From assembly GCA_036493895.1 (NCBI GenBank), contig DASXOZ010000070.1, positions 38,868-102,867 of the forward strand: 64,000 nt of DNA, written 5' to 3'. Origin of the DNA: Candidatus Binatia bacterium (GTDB lineage: Bacteria; Desulfobacterota; Binatia; UBA1149; CAITLU01). This document shows positions 47,769 through 57,458 of the stretch, piece by piece. Within the stretch, counting starts at the first letter, position 1; each line of letters begins with the position of its first letter. Position numbers and translations under genes: made by a program. Below the pieces are notes generated by a model. The model saw only the letters and a program-made list of their open reading frames with translations, searched no databases and was not told where the DNA came from.

Positions 47769-48150
47769 GGTTTCTCCCGCAGCCGCTGCTGCTGTAGCCG
47801 GTTTTTGCGCCCGCATCGCGCGGTGCACGATCTTGCAGTTATCCAATCGTGCGGGAAAAGCGAGCGCGGCCGGCGCCCTGGCGGCGACCAGGCAAGGCTC
47901 GGTCCCGGGCAGCGGCGGCAAGAGCCACCCAAGGCCCGGGATGCCGCTGCTTTCCCGCCGCCGGTGAGTCCGGAGCCACCCGGCCGCCGCCCCTGCCGCC
48001 GCCTTCCTACGCGGCTGTCGCCGCGTTGCCGGCTGCCGCCGGTCGGGCGGCACCCGGCGAGGCGCGCCCCGTGCTTTGCGCCGCAGCCTGCGTGCTGGTT
48101 GAATCCGCCGCCGCCAAGCCCCGCGACCCGACGCAGAAGGAGAAAGTTCC

Positions 48151-48648
48151 GTGGCCGAACAGATCGAGCTGACCGACGAAATGAAAGCCCAGATCGGCAA
48201 GCAGTCGCCGCCGTGGGACTTCGAAGTCACGACGACGAGCGTGCGGATGTTCGCGCGTGGCGTCGGCTACACCGACCCGGTGTACTACGACGTCGAAGCG
48301 GCCAGGCGCGCAGGCTACCGCAGCCTGCCGGCGCCGCCGACGTACCTCGGCACGGCAGTGTTCCTGCCCGGCCGCTGCAGCGACACGTTCAGCGGACCCA
48401 CCGAAGGAATCCCGTCGATCAACCACGGGTTGAAAGGCCTGCTCGACGGCGGCACCGAGACGGAATACTTCGATGCGATCTGCGCAGGCGACACGCTGGC
48501 CGCGCAGATCAAACTTGCCGACGTCAAGGTCGCTTCGAGCGCCGCGCTCGGCGGAAAGATGCTCGTCGTCACGGCCGTCACCACGTACACGAACAAGGCG
48601 ACCGGCAAGACGGCTGCCAGGCAGACCTCGCAGGTCATCTACTACTGA
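48151..48648 (+). CDS. MaoC-like/FAS1-like dehydratase N-terminal-type hotdog subunit (ChsH-like)
   Basis: GTG start with a GAAGGAGAAAG RBS. Hotdog fold without the hydratase motif. Confidence 0.65.
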   Translation: MAEQIELTDEMKAQIGKQSPPWDFEVTTTSVRMFARGVGYTDPVYYDVEAARRAGYRSLPAPPTYLGTAVFLPGRCSDTFSGPTEGIPSINHGLKGLLDGGTETEYFDAICAGDTLAAQIKLADVKVASSAALGGKMLVVTAVTTYTNKATGKTAARQTSQVIYY

Positions 48649-48671
48649 ATTCGCACGAGGAGACGGACGCG

Positions 48672-49085
48672 ATGCTGAAATTCGACGAGATCAAGGAAGG
48701 CGACGCGATCCCCGAGCTTCGCAAGACCCCTACCCTGCAGCAGCTGGTCAAGTACTCGGCCGGCGGCGGGGACTTCAACCCGCTGCACCACGACTATTCG
48801 TTCCCGCAGGCCAAGCAGATCGGCTCGATCATCGTGCACGGGCGCTTCAAGTACGCCGCGCTCGGCGAGCTCGTCTCGAACTGGGTCGGTCATGCCGGGC
48901 GCATCGAGAAGCTGTCGTGCCAGTACCGCGGCATGGACCTGCCGGACAAGCCGTTCGTCTGCAAGGGCGTCGTGCGCAGGAAAACCAGCGAAAACGGCCG
49001 CAAGGCCGTCGAGCTCGACATCTGGGCCGAGAACGCCGAGGGCAAGAAGACGACTCCCGGATCGGCCGTCGTGGTGTTCCCCTAG
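48672..49085 (+). CDS. MaoC-like (R)-specific enoyl-CoA hydratase hotdog subunit (ChsH-like)
   Basis: Hydratase-2 motif GGGDFNPLHHD. Lies 23 nt after the preceding hotdog gene. Confidence 0.75.
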   Translation: MLKFDEIKEGDAIPELRKTPTLQQLVKYSAGGGDFNPLHHDYSFPQAKQIGSIIVHGRFKYAALGELVSNWVGHAGRIEKLSCQYRGMDLPDKPFVCKGVVRRKTSENGRKAVELDIWAENAEGKKTTPGSAVVVFP

Positions 49086-49200
49086 CAACGGCGCAGCCGT
49101 TGCGTCGGAGAGTTACGGCGCAGCCGTTGCGTCGGAGCGGTACGGCGCAGCCGTTGCGTCGGAGAGTTACGGCGCAGCCGTTGCGTCGGAAAGCCTGCGG
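49086..49200. repeat. 27-bp tandem repeat x4.3 in which each unit carries a short palindrome
   Basis: CGGCGCAGCCGTTGCGTCGGAGAGTTA repeated head to tail, each with ACGGC-gca-GCCGT. It sits between convergent gene ends. Confidence 0.85.
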
Positions 49201-49260
49201 CGCAGCCGGCGAAGAGCCTGACGCCCCTTGTGCCGCGGCGCGGCGCGGCGCGCGCGCAGT

Positions 49261-49845
49261 TCAGAGGCGCTCGAGGCGAAGAAGGTCGGCATCGCTGGCC
49301 AGTTCGGCAAGCAGCTGCGCCTTCCAGCGCTCGAATTCCGCACCGTCCCAGGCCCTGTGCTCGCCGCGCGAATAGGCGCAGGCGTTGCGATGGTATAGCC
49401 ATGCGTTCATGCGGTTGTCCCGCGTCGCATCGCGGCGCCTGATCACCTTGGCAGGAATTCCGGCAACGATGGAACCCGGCTCGAATACCGAGCCTTCGGT
49501 GGCGACTGCGCCTCCGGCGACGATGGACCCGGCGCCGAGCACGACGCCGTCCATCAGCACGGCGCCGATGCCGATCAGGCAGGCATCGCCGACGTGGGCG
49601 CCGTGAACGGTAGCGTGATGGGTGATCGAGCAGAAGTCGCCGATCGTCGTCGGATGGTCGTAACCGACGTGGATCATCGCGAAGTCCTGCAGGTTGGTGA
49701 GGCGGCCGATGCGGACTTTCTGCGTCTCGCAGCGAACGACGGCGTTGAGCCACACCGACGAGCCGACGCCAATGGCAACGTCGCCGAAGATCGAAGCGGT
49801 CGGCGACAGCAGGGCGCCGGGGAAGCGGGGATCGGGATTCATCAT
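49261..49845 (-). CDS. Gamma-class carbonic anhydrase / hexapeptide-repeat (LbH) protein
   Basis: Left-handed beta-helix repeats and the His triad pattern of PaaY/YrdA-like proteins. Confidence 0.75.
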   Translation of the reverse strand: MMNPDPRFPGALLSPTASIFGDVAIGVGSSVWLNAVVRCETQKVRIGRLTNLQDFAMIHVGYDHPTTIGDFCSITHHATVHGAHVGDACLIGIGAVLMDGVVLGAGSIVAGGAVATEGSVFEPGSIVAGIPAKVIRRRDATRDNRMNAWLYHRNACAYSRGEHRAWDGAEFERWKAQLLAELASDADLLRLERL

Positions 49846-50010
49846 CGCATCGGTCGGCACGCAGGTCGCGTCCTGGCGGCGCTGTGGGATGCCGCAGGAT
49901 CGCAGCGGTGGCAACAGCGGGCCTGCGCCGGCTCTGCGTGGCAGCGGCGAAGTCGCCGCAGCACGACGGAGGCTGCGCGCGGCCGCGCCGGCCAGTCCGG
50001 CCGCGCCGCG

Positions 50011-51534
50011 ATGCTGCCCCACGCGGCGGCGGTGACTGTTGCCGTCGTCATTTTCGCTCTCATCTACGATCCGTTCCATGCCGGCGCGCTCGTGTTTCTC
50101 GCGCTGGCGCCGATCACACTGGTGTTCTGCGACCCGCGGGTGCCTTGCCGTCTCGGCCAGGCCGCGCTCGGCGGTTTCACGTTCGGGCTGCTGGCCGCCA
50201 TGGCGATCGTCGGGCCGTGGATGTTCGCGGCCTCGGTGGATTACTTCGACCGCAGCAGCGCCTGGTCGATAGGTTTCACGCTCGCGATCAACGCCGGCTA
50301 CGTCGCGCTGTTCACAGCCCCCGCGTTCATGGCACTGCGCGTGCTGGCATCGGCGCCTCCCATGCTGCGCGTGATCGGCGCTGCCTCGACGTGGATCGCG
50401 TTCGAGGCGCTGCGCAGCGCGGATCCGTTCGGGAACTGCTGGGCTCTTCTCGGCCAGGGCTTCGCCAACCTGCCGCTGCTGCGCGAAGCCGCGGCCTTCG
50501 GAGGCGTTCCGCTGCTCGGATGGCTCGCGGCGCTGACCGGCTCCGCAATCGGAGTCGGGCTGCAGCCCGACGTCGGCGCCAGGGACGCGATGCGGTGCAC
50601 CGCCGTCGCTGTGCTCGCACCGCTTGCCGCCGTCGTTCTCGGAGTCGCTGCGCGGCACCAGGACCACGTGATCACGCCGCTGCAGCCGCTTCGCGTGGCG
50701 GTCGTGCAGCAGGAGATCGCCAGCCGCGACGTGTGGAATCCGGCTCGCCGCGTCGACAACTGGAACTCCTACCTGGAGACGACTGCCACGCTGAAGCCCG
50801 GCAGCGTCGACCTCGTCGTCTGGCCCGAGAGCGCGGCACCCTTCCTTCTGAATGCGGACCCGGTCGCGCGTGACAAGATGATCGAGCTCGCGACGACGCT
50901 CGGCGCAGCGATCATGCTCGGCGCGCCGCGAAGCGAGGACGTCGGTCAGGGACGCGCCTTGATGCACAACAGCGTCTACTTCTTCGCGCCGGGCGCGTCC
51001 GAGCCGCTGATCTACGACAAGCAGCGCCTGCTGCCGTTCATCGAAACGATGCCGGCGGCGACCGACGATCCCGACCAGTCGCCGTACGCGCCCGGCAGCT
51101 CCGAAAAGCTCTTCGACGTGCACGGATGGCAGATCGCGCCGCTACTGTGCTTCGAGGCCGTGTATCCGCAGTACGCGCGCCAGGCGGTCGCCGACGGCGC
51201 CCACCTGCTCGTCAATCTCTCCAACGACGCATGGTTCGACGGCGGCGCCGGTCCCGAGCAGCACTGGGCGATGAGCCTGATGCGCACCGTCGAGCTTCGC
51301 CGCCCGATGGTGCGAGCGTCCAACGGCGGCATCTCCGGCGCGATCGGCTTCGACGGCACCGCCATCGGCATCCCGATCCGGCGCACGCACGCGATGCGCA
51401 TCTACGAGATTCCGCCGCCTCCACGCACGATGACGGCGACGATCGCGTACGGCGAGTATGCGGGATGGGCGAGCGGCGTGCTGTCGCTTCTCTGCCTGCT
51501 GTTCGCACTGGCAAGGCTGCGCGCTCGCAGCTGA
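50011..51534 (+). CDS. lnt: Apolipoprotein N-acyltransferase
   Basis: N-terminal TM region plus a nitrilase-type CN-hydrolase domain (VVWPESAAPF..LLCFEAVYP). Start at Met 140 of the track ORF. Confidence 0.85.
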   Translation: MLPHAAAVTVAVVIFALIYDPFHAGALVFLALAPITLVFCDPRVPCRLGQAALGGFTFGLLAAMAIVGPWMFAASVDYFDRSSAWSIGFTLAINAGYVALFTAPAFMALRVLASAPPMLRVIGAASTWIAFEALRSADPFGNCWALLGQGFANLPLLREAAAFGGVPLLGWLAALTGSAIGVGLQPDVGARDAMRCTAVAVLAPLAAVVLGVAARHQDHVITPLQPLRVAVVQQEIASRDVWNPARRVDNWNSYLETTATLKPGSVDLVVWPESAAPFLLNADPVARDKMIELATTLGAAIMLGAPRSEDVGQGRALMHNSVYFFAPGASEPLIYDKQRLLPFIETMPAATDDPDQSPYAPGSSEKLFDVHGWQIAPLLCFEAVYPQYARQAVADGAHLLVNLSNDAWFDGGAGPEQHWAMSLMRTVELRRPMVRASNGGISGAIGFDGTAIGIPIRRTHAMRIYEIPPPPRTMTATIAYGEYAGWASGVLSLLCLLFALARLRARS

Positions 51535-51580
51535 AACGATTCGTAGATGCGGTTGCTACGCTTTTCGCAGCAGGCCGGGG

Positions 51581-52216
51581 TCAGACGTCGCCCGGCGGAA
51601 TGAGCAGGTGCGAGACCTTGTGCAGGAACGCCATCTGGCGCGCCAGTCCGTCGCCCGACAGGGGGTCGACTCCGAACACCTGTCGCACAAGGGGAGCCAT
51701 CGCGAAGTAGCCGACGATCAGGTTCTGGAAACCGAGCAGCAACAGAGGCCACTCGTCTTCGGGCCATAGCTCGGCCGCGCGGCTGGAGCGCAGCGCATCG
51801 AGTCCCCGCTGGTAGACCGGCTCGAACCAGCGGCCGGCGATCCGGGCGAGGCGCTCGCCCCCGGCCAGGGTCTCGTAGTGGATCAGTTTGGCGAGATTCG
51901 GATTCCCGGCAAGGTGAAGGACGACACTGTCGATCGTCCTTTCTTCCCGGTCGCGCGTGCGGTCCCCCGCAGTCAGATCCGCGAGCATCTTGAGAACGGG
52001 CGTCAGGCCGCGTTCGAGCACCGCCTCGTAGAGCTCCTCCTTGCCGGCGAAGTGGTTGTAGAGACTGGCCGGGTTGAGCCCCACGCGGGCGGCGATGTCG
52101 CGCACCGGCGCGGCCCCCAACCCCTTTTCGGCAAACACCTGCTCGGCGGCATCCAGGATGCGCTCGCGGGTGGTCCGGACGTCGCCCGGCTCGCTCTGGG
52201 CCTGGCTGGCCGCCAT
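51581..52216 (-). CDS. TetR-family regulator (KstR2/FadR-like)
   Basis: HTH region RILDAAEQVFAEKGLGAAPVRDIAARVGLNPASLYNHFAGKEEL resembles KstR2. Confidence 0.7.
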   Translation of the reverse strand: MAASQAQSEPGDVRTTRERILDAAEQVFAEKGLGAAPVRDIAARVGLNPASLYNHFAGKEELYEAVLERGLTPVLKMLADLTAGDRTRDREERTIDSVVLHLAGNPNLAKLIHYETLAGGERLARIAGRWFEPVYQRGLDALRSSRAAELWPEDEWPLLLLGFQNLIVGYFAMAPLVRQVFGVDPLSGDGLARQMAFLHKVSHLLIPPGDV

Positions 52217-52308
52217 GGCCTAGACCCTCGCCCCGGGGATGCAGGCCAGGCCCAGGGCCACAAGCGCCTGCAGGAGGTCTTGCCGCGAAGCGTAAAATTT
52301 GTTAACCA

Positions 52309-52322
52309 ACGAACGTTCGTTC
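52309..52322. promoter_or_regulatory. 14-bp perfect palindrome AACGAACGTTCGTT about 95 nt upstream of the KstR2-like TetR gene
   Basis: Perfect dyad flanked by TTAACC and TGAACC. An AT-rich stretch GTAAAATTTGTTAAC lies next to it. Confidence 0.4.
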
Positions 52323-52391
52323 ATGAACCGCCCTCTGCAGAATTCCCTTTCTTCCCGCCCGGCTTCGGGGGTCGCCCCCGTTGGCGCTGCC

Positions 52392-53081
52392 TCACCCAGC
52401 GCCCACCCGTCCGGCTGCCCCGCGCAACAGCTGCTGGAAACGCTCCGCATCGACGGAAACGAAGACGCCCTGGGCCTCGGCCGTCACGGTATCGCCATCT
52501 CTCAGGGCCCCGGACGTGAAGATTTTGCGACCTTCCACGCGATCGACTCCCGCGTCAAAGCGAAGCTCTGCTCGAAGAGGCGTAGGACGCCGGTAGCGGA
52601 TCGTCAGCCCGGCAGTCATGCCGGGATTTCCCGTCAGCGTCTGTGCAAAGCCGAGCACTTCGTCGAAGGCCGCCGCGACGAAGCCTCCATGCACGTGACC
52701 CGGAGGACCTTCGTACGCGGCACCGAACACGACGCGGCCGGCGATGCGATCGCCGACCACCTCGAGCGACATCGGAGGCGACAACGGATTGGAAAGCCCG
52801 ATCAGCGGGCTCTGGTCGAAGAACGCTCCGGAGTTTCCCGAAACCGACGTCTCCGCATAGCCGGCGTGCCTGCTGCCGGAAGGCTGCGCACGCAGCCTGG
52901 CCGCCAGCGCAGCGGCCTCGTGCGTCGCGGCCGCGAGCTCCTCTTCGGATGCGTCGCTGCTGATCAGCGAGTCGATGATCTCGCGCAGAGCGGCAGCAAG
53001 GCGGCGCCGGTGCGCCCATGCTCCGGCAGCCGGCATCGACGCAGCTTCGAAATACAGGGGCTTGTTCCGTTCTTCTTCCAT
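52392..53081 (-). CDS. Hotdog-fold thioesterase (PaaI/4HBT-like)
   Basis: PPGHVHGGFVAAAFDEVLG motif. Start Met uncertain (53081 or 53036). Confidence 0.6.
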   Translation of the reverse strand: MEEERNKPLYFEAASMPAAGAWAHRRRLAAALREIIDSLISSDASEEELAAATHEAAALAARLRAQPSGSRHAGYAETSVSGNSGAFFDQSPLIGLSNPLSPPMSLEVVGDRIAGRVVFGAAYEGPPGHVHGGFVAAAFDEVLGFAQTLTGNPGMTAGLTIRYRRPTPLRAELRFDAGVDRVEGRKIFTSGALRDGDTVTAEAQGVFVSVDAERFQQLLRGAAGRVGAG

Positions 53082-53206
53082 CGTCTCTCTGTTTCGAGCA
53101 GCGAAGCTGCCGCTCTTGCTTCCTTGCGAAGAGCGGTCGCTCTCCGTGTGTTCGCGGAGTCTATGACAGCGGCGTGACCAAGACCAAAAGGGGAGTACAC
53201 ACACCA

Positions 53207-54535
53207 ATGAGCATCACGCATCTCGACCTTTCCGATCCCGACTCCTTCGCCGGCGGATTCCCGCACGAGTACTTTCGCCGCCTGAGGCGCGAAGACCCCG
53301 TCCACTGGAACGATACGCGCCACGAAGTGGAGCGCAACGGCCGCGGATTCTGGGACATCACGAAGTACGAAGACGTCAAGATGATGTCGCGCAATCCGGC
53401 GCTTTTCTCGTCGTGGGAGGGCGGGACGAACATCTTCGAGCTCCACGGCGACGACCTCATCGGCTCGCGCTCGATGATGCTCAACATGGATCCGCCCCAC
53501 CACGTCAAATACCGGCGCCTGGTGGCGCACAATTTCACGCCGCGCATGATCGAGAGGCTCGAGGATCACATCCGCGACCTTGCGCGCGAGATCGTCGACG
53601 GCATGTGCGAACGCGGCAGCTGCGATTTCGTCGCCGACGTGGCCGCCTTGCTGCCAATGAAGACGATCATGGAAATCGTCGGCGTTCCCGAGGAGGACCA
53701 GCAGCGCCTGTTCGACCTCAGCAACAAGCTGGTCGGCTTCGACGACCCCGAGATTCAGGGTTCCTTCGACGAGGGGCGCATGGCGGCTGCCGAAGTCGCG
53801 ATGTACGGGCAGAAGCTCGCCGACATGGTCTCCGAGTGCCCGATGAACAACCTCGCCAGCGCGCTCTACCACGGCAAGGTCGACGGTCAGTCGCTCGATC
53901 CCCTGCAGTACAACTACTTCTTCCTCATGCTGATGGTCGCCGGCAACGAGACGACGCGCACGATGACCTCGCACGGAATGCGACTGCTCATCGAGAACCC
54001 CGCCGAGCGCCACAAGCTCGTCGCGGATCCCTCGCTCATCCCGAACGCCGTCGAGGAGTTCCTGCGCTACAACCCGCCCGTCATGTATTTCCGCCGCACG
54101 CTGACCGAGGATTTCGAGATTCGCGGGAAGACGCTGAAGAAAGGGGACAAGGTCGTGCTCTGGTACCCGTCGGCCAACCGCGACGAGGACGTCTTTGCCG
54201 ACCCGGACAGATTCGACGTCTCTCGCAAGATCGCCGAACACGTCGGGCTCGGCGTCGGCGAGCACTACTGCCTGGGCGCCAGCTTCGCCCGTGCCCAGCT
54301 GTGCTCGATCTTCACCGAGCTGCTGACGCGGGTGCCCGACATGGAACTGGCCGCCCCGATCCGCTACGTGCGCTCGAACTTCGTCCAGGGCATCAAGGAG
54401 ATGCCGGTGCGGTACACGCCGGCGCCGAGGACGGCCCAGGCGGCCGATCCGGGCGCGGCCTCCCTGCACGCCGAGGCGGCGGCCGCCGGATGCCCTTTCC
54501 ACCAGGAGAAGGCCCCCGAGCTGGTGACCGCTTAA
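53207..54535 (+). CDS. Cytochrome P450, CYP125/CYP142-like (sterol 26/27-monooxygenase-like)
   Basis: Blocks shared with M. tuberculosis CYP125: FWDITKYEDVK, MLNMDPPHH, LMLMVAGNETTR, heme loop GLGVGEHYCLG. Confidence 0.85.
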   Translation: MSITHLDLSDPDSFAGGFPHEYFRRLRREDPVHWNDTRHEVERNGRGFWDITKYEDVKMMSRNPALFSSWEGGTNIFELHGDDLIGSRSMMLNMDPPHHVKYRRLVAHNFTPRMIERLEDHIRDLAREIVDGMCERGSCDFVADVAALLPMKTIMEIVGVPEEDQQRLFDLSNKLVGFDDPEIQGSFDEGRMAAAEVAMYGQKLADMVSECPMNNLASALYHGKVDGQSLDPLQYNYFFLMLMVAGNETTRTMTSHGMRLLIENPAERHKLVADPSLIPNAVEEFLRYNPPVMYFRRTLTEDFEIRGKTLKKGDKVVLWYPSANRDEDVFADPDRFDVSRKIAEHVGLGVGEHYCLGASFARAQLCSIFTELLTRVPDMELAAPIRYVRSNFVQGIKEMPVRYTPAPRTAQAADPGAASLHAEAAAAGCPFHQEKAPELVTA

Positions 54536-54568
54536 CCGGGCGACCGGCAGCAGATACAGTGCCCGGTC

Positions 54569-54763
54569 ATGAAAGTCGTCGTCGATTACGACCTGTGCGA
54601 AGCCAATGCCGTCTGCATGCGCATCCTGCCCGACGTGTTCCAGGTGGATGACCAGGACAACCTGAACATCCTCATCGAACATCCGCCGGAATCGATGCGC
54701 GCCAAGCTCAAAGAGGCCGTGCGCCTCTGCCCTCGCCAGGCCATCTCGATCGTCGAGGACTGA
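54569..54763 (+). CDS. Small 3Fe-4S/4Fe-4S ferredoxin; P450 redox partner by position
   Basis: 64 aa with Cys motif (CEANAVC..CP), lying 34 nt after the P450 stop. Confidence 0.75.
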   Translation: MKVVVDYDLCEANAVCMRILPDVFQVDDQDNLNILIEHPPESMRAKLKEAVRLCPRQAISIVED

Positions 54764-54818
54764 GCTCGCACGCCGGCCTCTCGCAGGGGACAGGCCAGGG
54801 TCACGCCAAGGCCACCGC

Positions 54819-57254
54819 CTAGCGGCATTTCAGCGACGACGTTCCTTCCTGGCAGTCGGCGGCGGTGCCGCTTCGCACGACCGCGCTGTTGTGCAGCAGA
54901 TCGACCGTGACCGGCCCGGCAAACGGCGCCGCAATCGCAAGGCCGCGCATCGACACCTTGTACCTCACCGAGCTGCCACCCCGCACGAACGTCGCCCGGT
55001 AGTCGGACGTCGCGTCGCTCTCGTCACAGTTGATCTTGCCGCTGGCGGCCGTGGCGCAGCTCGAGAACGCATGGCTGACGTCCAGGGCCGCGTTGTCGCG
55101 CACTCGCACCGTGAACGGCGGCGGCGTGCTGAAATCGGGCGGCACGTCGAACGATCCGGCAACGTCGACGCGACCGTTGGCGGCGCCGACCTTCGTCTCG
55201 CCCTTGACCTTCACCTTGCCCACGCCGAGCGGGAACGACGCGAGCGTGGTGGTCGTCGTCGTGTTCGACGTAGTGGTGGTGGTGTCGGTGCTCGTCGTCA
55301 CGGTGATCGTCGTCGTGGTCGCTGTGCCGGGCGTGCAGGTGTCGTCGATGCCGACGGTGACGTCGGGCGCGAGCGCGTAGCCTTCCGGCAGCACCTTCGG
55401 CGACGGGCTCTGCACCTGGCCGGAGTCCGGTGCCTCGAGCACCGGCAGGCGCAGCCGAAGATTCGTCACGATGATCGGAAGCTGGCCGTTGGAATTGCGC
55501 CCGTACGGCTGGTCGGCCGGGAGCAGCTCGAGCTTGACGATGTGGCCGGGCGCGAAGCGCCATCCGTTGGGATGAAGCTGGAAGACCTGGCACGAGGCCG
55601 TCGTCGTATTGACCTCGGGACGGTAGAGCCCGCGCGCGACGAGAGTTTCCATGTTCGTCGACGGGTCGACGTCCTCGAGGCGCGCGGCAACCTGGGCCGT
55701 CGGTGACGGAGAAAGGAAATCGGCGACGATGGTCGCGGCGCCCATCAGCGTGAAACCTTCGCCCGACACCGCGCCGGTGCGATAGGTTGCCGCGCCGGTC
55801 TGGTCGTCGGCGTTGGTCGCCGCGCAGGCGCCGCTTCCGGTGATCGGATCGAAAGCCTGGCCGACGGTCGCATCGGTCGGGACGTCGTTCGCGATGATCT
55901 GCTGGGCCGCGCTCTCGACGCGCACTTCGCCCGGCGCGATCGCCTCCCAGTTCGCAGCCTGGTACGGCCCGGCCGACGGTCCGCCGCACACCTGCGTCGT
56001 CGTCTGCACGCCGAGGAACGGCGCCGGCCCCTCGCCCTTGACGTAGTAGTCGAACCAGTTGTGGAGCTGCGCATTGCGGAACGGCAGGTCCTCGGGCTTG
56101 TTCTGGCCGCGCTGGTGGCCGTGGTCGCCGAACATCATCGCGATCGGCGTGCCCGGATGATCGGTGCGCGTGCGGTTATAGAAACGGATCGCTTCGTCGG
56201 TCGGGAACAAGTCGTCGGTGAAGCCGTTGGAAATGAGCATCGGCGCCGGCGGCTCCGAATCGTCGATGTAGTAGCTCGAATGATGGCGCGTCAGCTCGTC
56301 GACGACGTCCTGCTCGACGGGGTTGCCGTCGTACGGCTCGCCGGCGTTGTCGACGGAATACCATTTGTAGAGATCGGCATCGGGATCGGCTCCGGGCGGC
56401 GCGTAGTTGCTGCCGGCTTCGCCGAGAGCGAAGAGGCCCGCGACGAACGACTGCTTGAGCACGCCTGCCCTGCCCCGCTTCAGGTAGGGAGCGTCGGCGA
56501 CGTAGTCGAGCGTGTGACCGTTCGGCTGCAGGGAGTTGGCCAGATCGGTCCACGGAATGTCCGGCTGCACCGCAGCCATCTTCATGGCCTTGCCGCCGGC
56601 GCTGACCCACGGCACGAGATAGCCGTCGAGATTCGGCGATCCCTCGTGCGCACCCATCATCTTGCGGTCTTTGAGCGCACCGAGCGCCATCGAGATGCCG
56701 CCGCCGTAGGAGCTTCCCATCGCGGCGATCTTCTGCGGGTCAACGAGGCCTTCGCCGGAAGTCGCGCCGGTGGCGGCCTGGTCGGCCAGCGCCTCGAAGA
56801 CCTGCTGGGCGTCGCGCACTTCGTAGCGCGTGTCCATCAGGTGGTTGTAATCGTTGTCGCAGACTCCGGGAGTCAGGCGCTTGCTGTCGGTCGCGCCGCA
56901 GGAGTTGCCCCAGCCGCGGTCGCTCATCGAGAAGACGGCGTAGCCGGCGTCGAGCCACTGCTGCATCGTCGGATCGGTGAGATCGAGTTTGGCGCCGCCC
57001 CAGCCATGGAAGACGCCGACGATCGGGAAGTTGCCGTCGGCGCCGCTGGCCGGAGCCGGCGGGAAGCCGACGTTGACGTCGATCGGCGCGCCGTCGAACG
57101 TCGAGAAGATGCCCGAGCAATGGCGCTCGCCGGCGTTGCCTCCGGCCTGGACGGTGCACGAGACGGCGCCGCCGAACAGGCCGTCGATCGTCGCCAGAGC
57201 GGGCGTGGCCGCACTGCAGAGCGAAACCGCGAGGATGGCCGCGAGCTTTTTCAT
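54819..57254 (-). CDS. Secreted alpha/beta hydrolase (CocE/NonD, S15-like) with a Thr-rich linker and a C-terminal beta-rich domain
   Basis: Signal peptide MKKLAAILAVSLCSAATPALA. Nucleophile elbow GSSYGG. Linker TATTTTITVTTSTDTTTTTSNTTTTTT. Confidence 0.7.
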   Translation of the reverse strand: MKKLAAILAVSLCSAATPALATIDGLFGGAVSCTVQAGGNAGERHCSGIFSTFDGAPIDVNVGFPPAPASGADGNFPIVGVFHGWGGAKLDLTDPTMQQWLDAGYAVFSMSDRGWGNSCGATDSKRLTPGVCDNDYNHLMDTRYEVRDAQQVFEALADQAATGATSGEGLVDPQKIAAMGSSYGGGISMALGALKDRKMMGAHEGSPNLDGYLVPWVSAGGKAMKMAAVQPDIPWTDLANSLQPNGHTLDYVADAPYLKRGRAGVLKQSFVAGLFALGEAGSNYAPPGADPDADLYKWYSVDNAGEPYDGNPVEQDVVDELTRHHSSYYIDDSEPPAPMLISNGFTDDLFPTDEAIRFYNRTRTDHPGTPIAMMFGDHGHQRGQNKPEDLPFRNAQLHNWFDYYVKGEGPAPFLGVQTTTQVCGGPSAGPYQAANWEAIAPGEVRVESAAQQIIANDVPTDATVGQAFDPITGSGACAATNADDQTGAATYRTGAVSGEGFTLMGAATIVADFLSPSPTAQVAARLEDVDPSTNMETLVARGLYRPEVNTTTASCQVFQLHPNGWRFAPGHIVKLELLPADQPYGRNSNGQLPIIVTNLRLRLPVLEAPDSGQVQSPSPKVLPEGYALAPDVTVGIDDTCTPGTATTTTITVTTSTDTTTTTSNTTTTTTLASFPLGVGKVKVKGETKVGAANGRVDVAGSFDVPPDFSTPPPFTVRVRDNAALDVSHAFSSCATAASGKINCDESDATSDYRATFVRGGSSVRYKVSMRGLAIAAPFAGPVTVDLLHNSAVVRSGTAADCQEGTSSLKCR

Positions 57255-57458
57255 GGCAGTCTCCGGAGGCCGGCCATTTTCGGCTCGGCACCTCCAGAAC
57301 TGACACGACAACGCTACTTACAGCAATGATAGTTACTGGGTTGTAAGCAAATTTCTGCCCCGATCGGGTGGAGCAGAACACGGTGAGTCTCCGCCGGATC
57401 GCTCACGGTAGTGCAAGCGCATAAGTTCAACTATATCAATATCTTCGAGGTATACTAT

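Noticed and set aside
44574-49085. 1503-aa plus-strand ORF spanning 4.5 kb
   Set aside because: It lies antisense to four genes with clear family signatures (2-HADH, crotonase, SCP2 thiolase, MaoC) and its own translation is low-complexity Arg/Ala/Gly-rich. This is a high-GC open-frame artefact. Only its last 414 nt (48672..49085) are kept, as the MaoC hydratase subunit.
49086-49200. Tandem repeats as a possible CRISPR array
   Set aside because: The units abut without spacers, there are only about four copies of 27 bp, and no cas genes are present.
49594-50010. N-terminal 139 residues of the 646-aa track ORF containing lnt
   Set aside because: The Lnt membrane domain starts at the internal Met (50011). 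The upstream in-frame part is antisense to the gamma-carbonic-anhydrase gene.
52309-52322. Palindrome as a KstR2 operator
   Set aside because: It does not fit the AnCAAGnnCTTGnT consensus. It is kept only as a generic candidate autoregulatory site.
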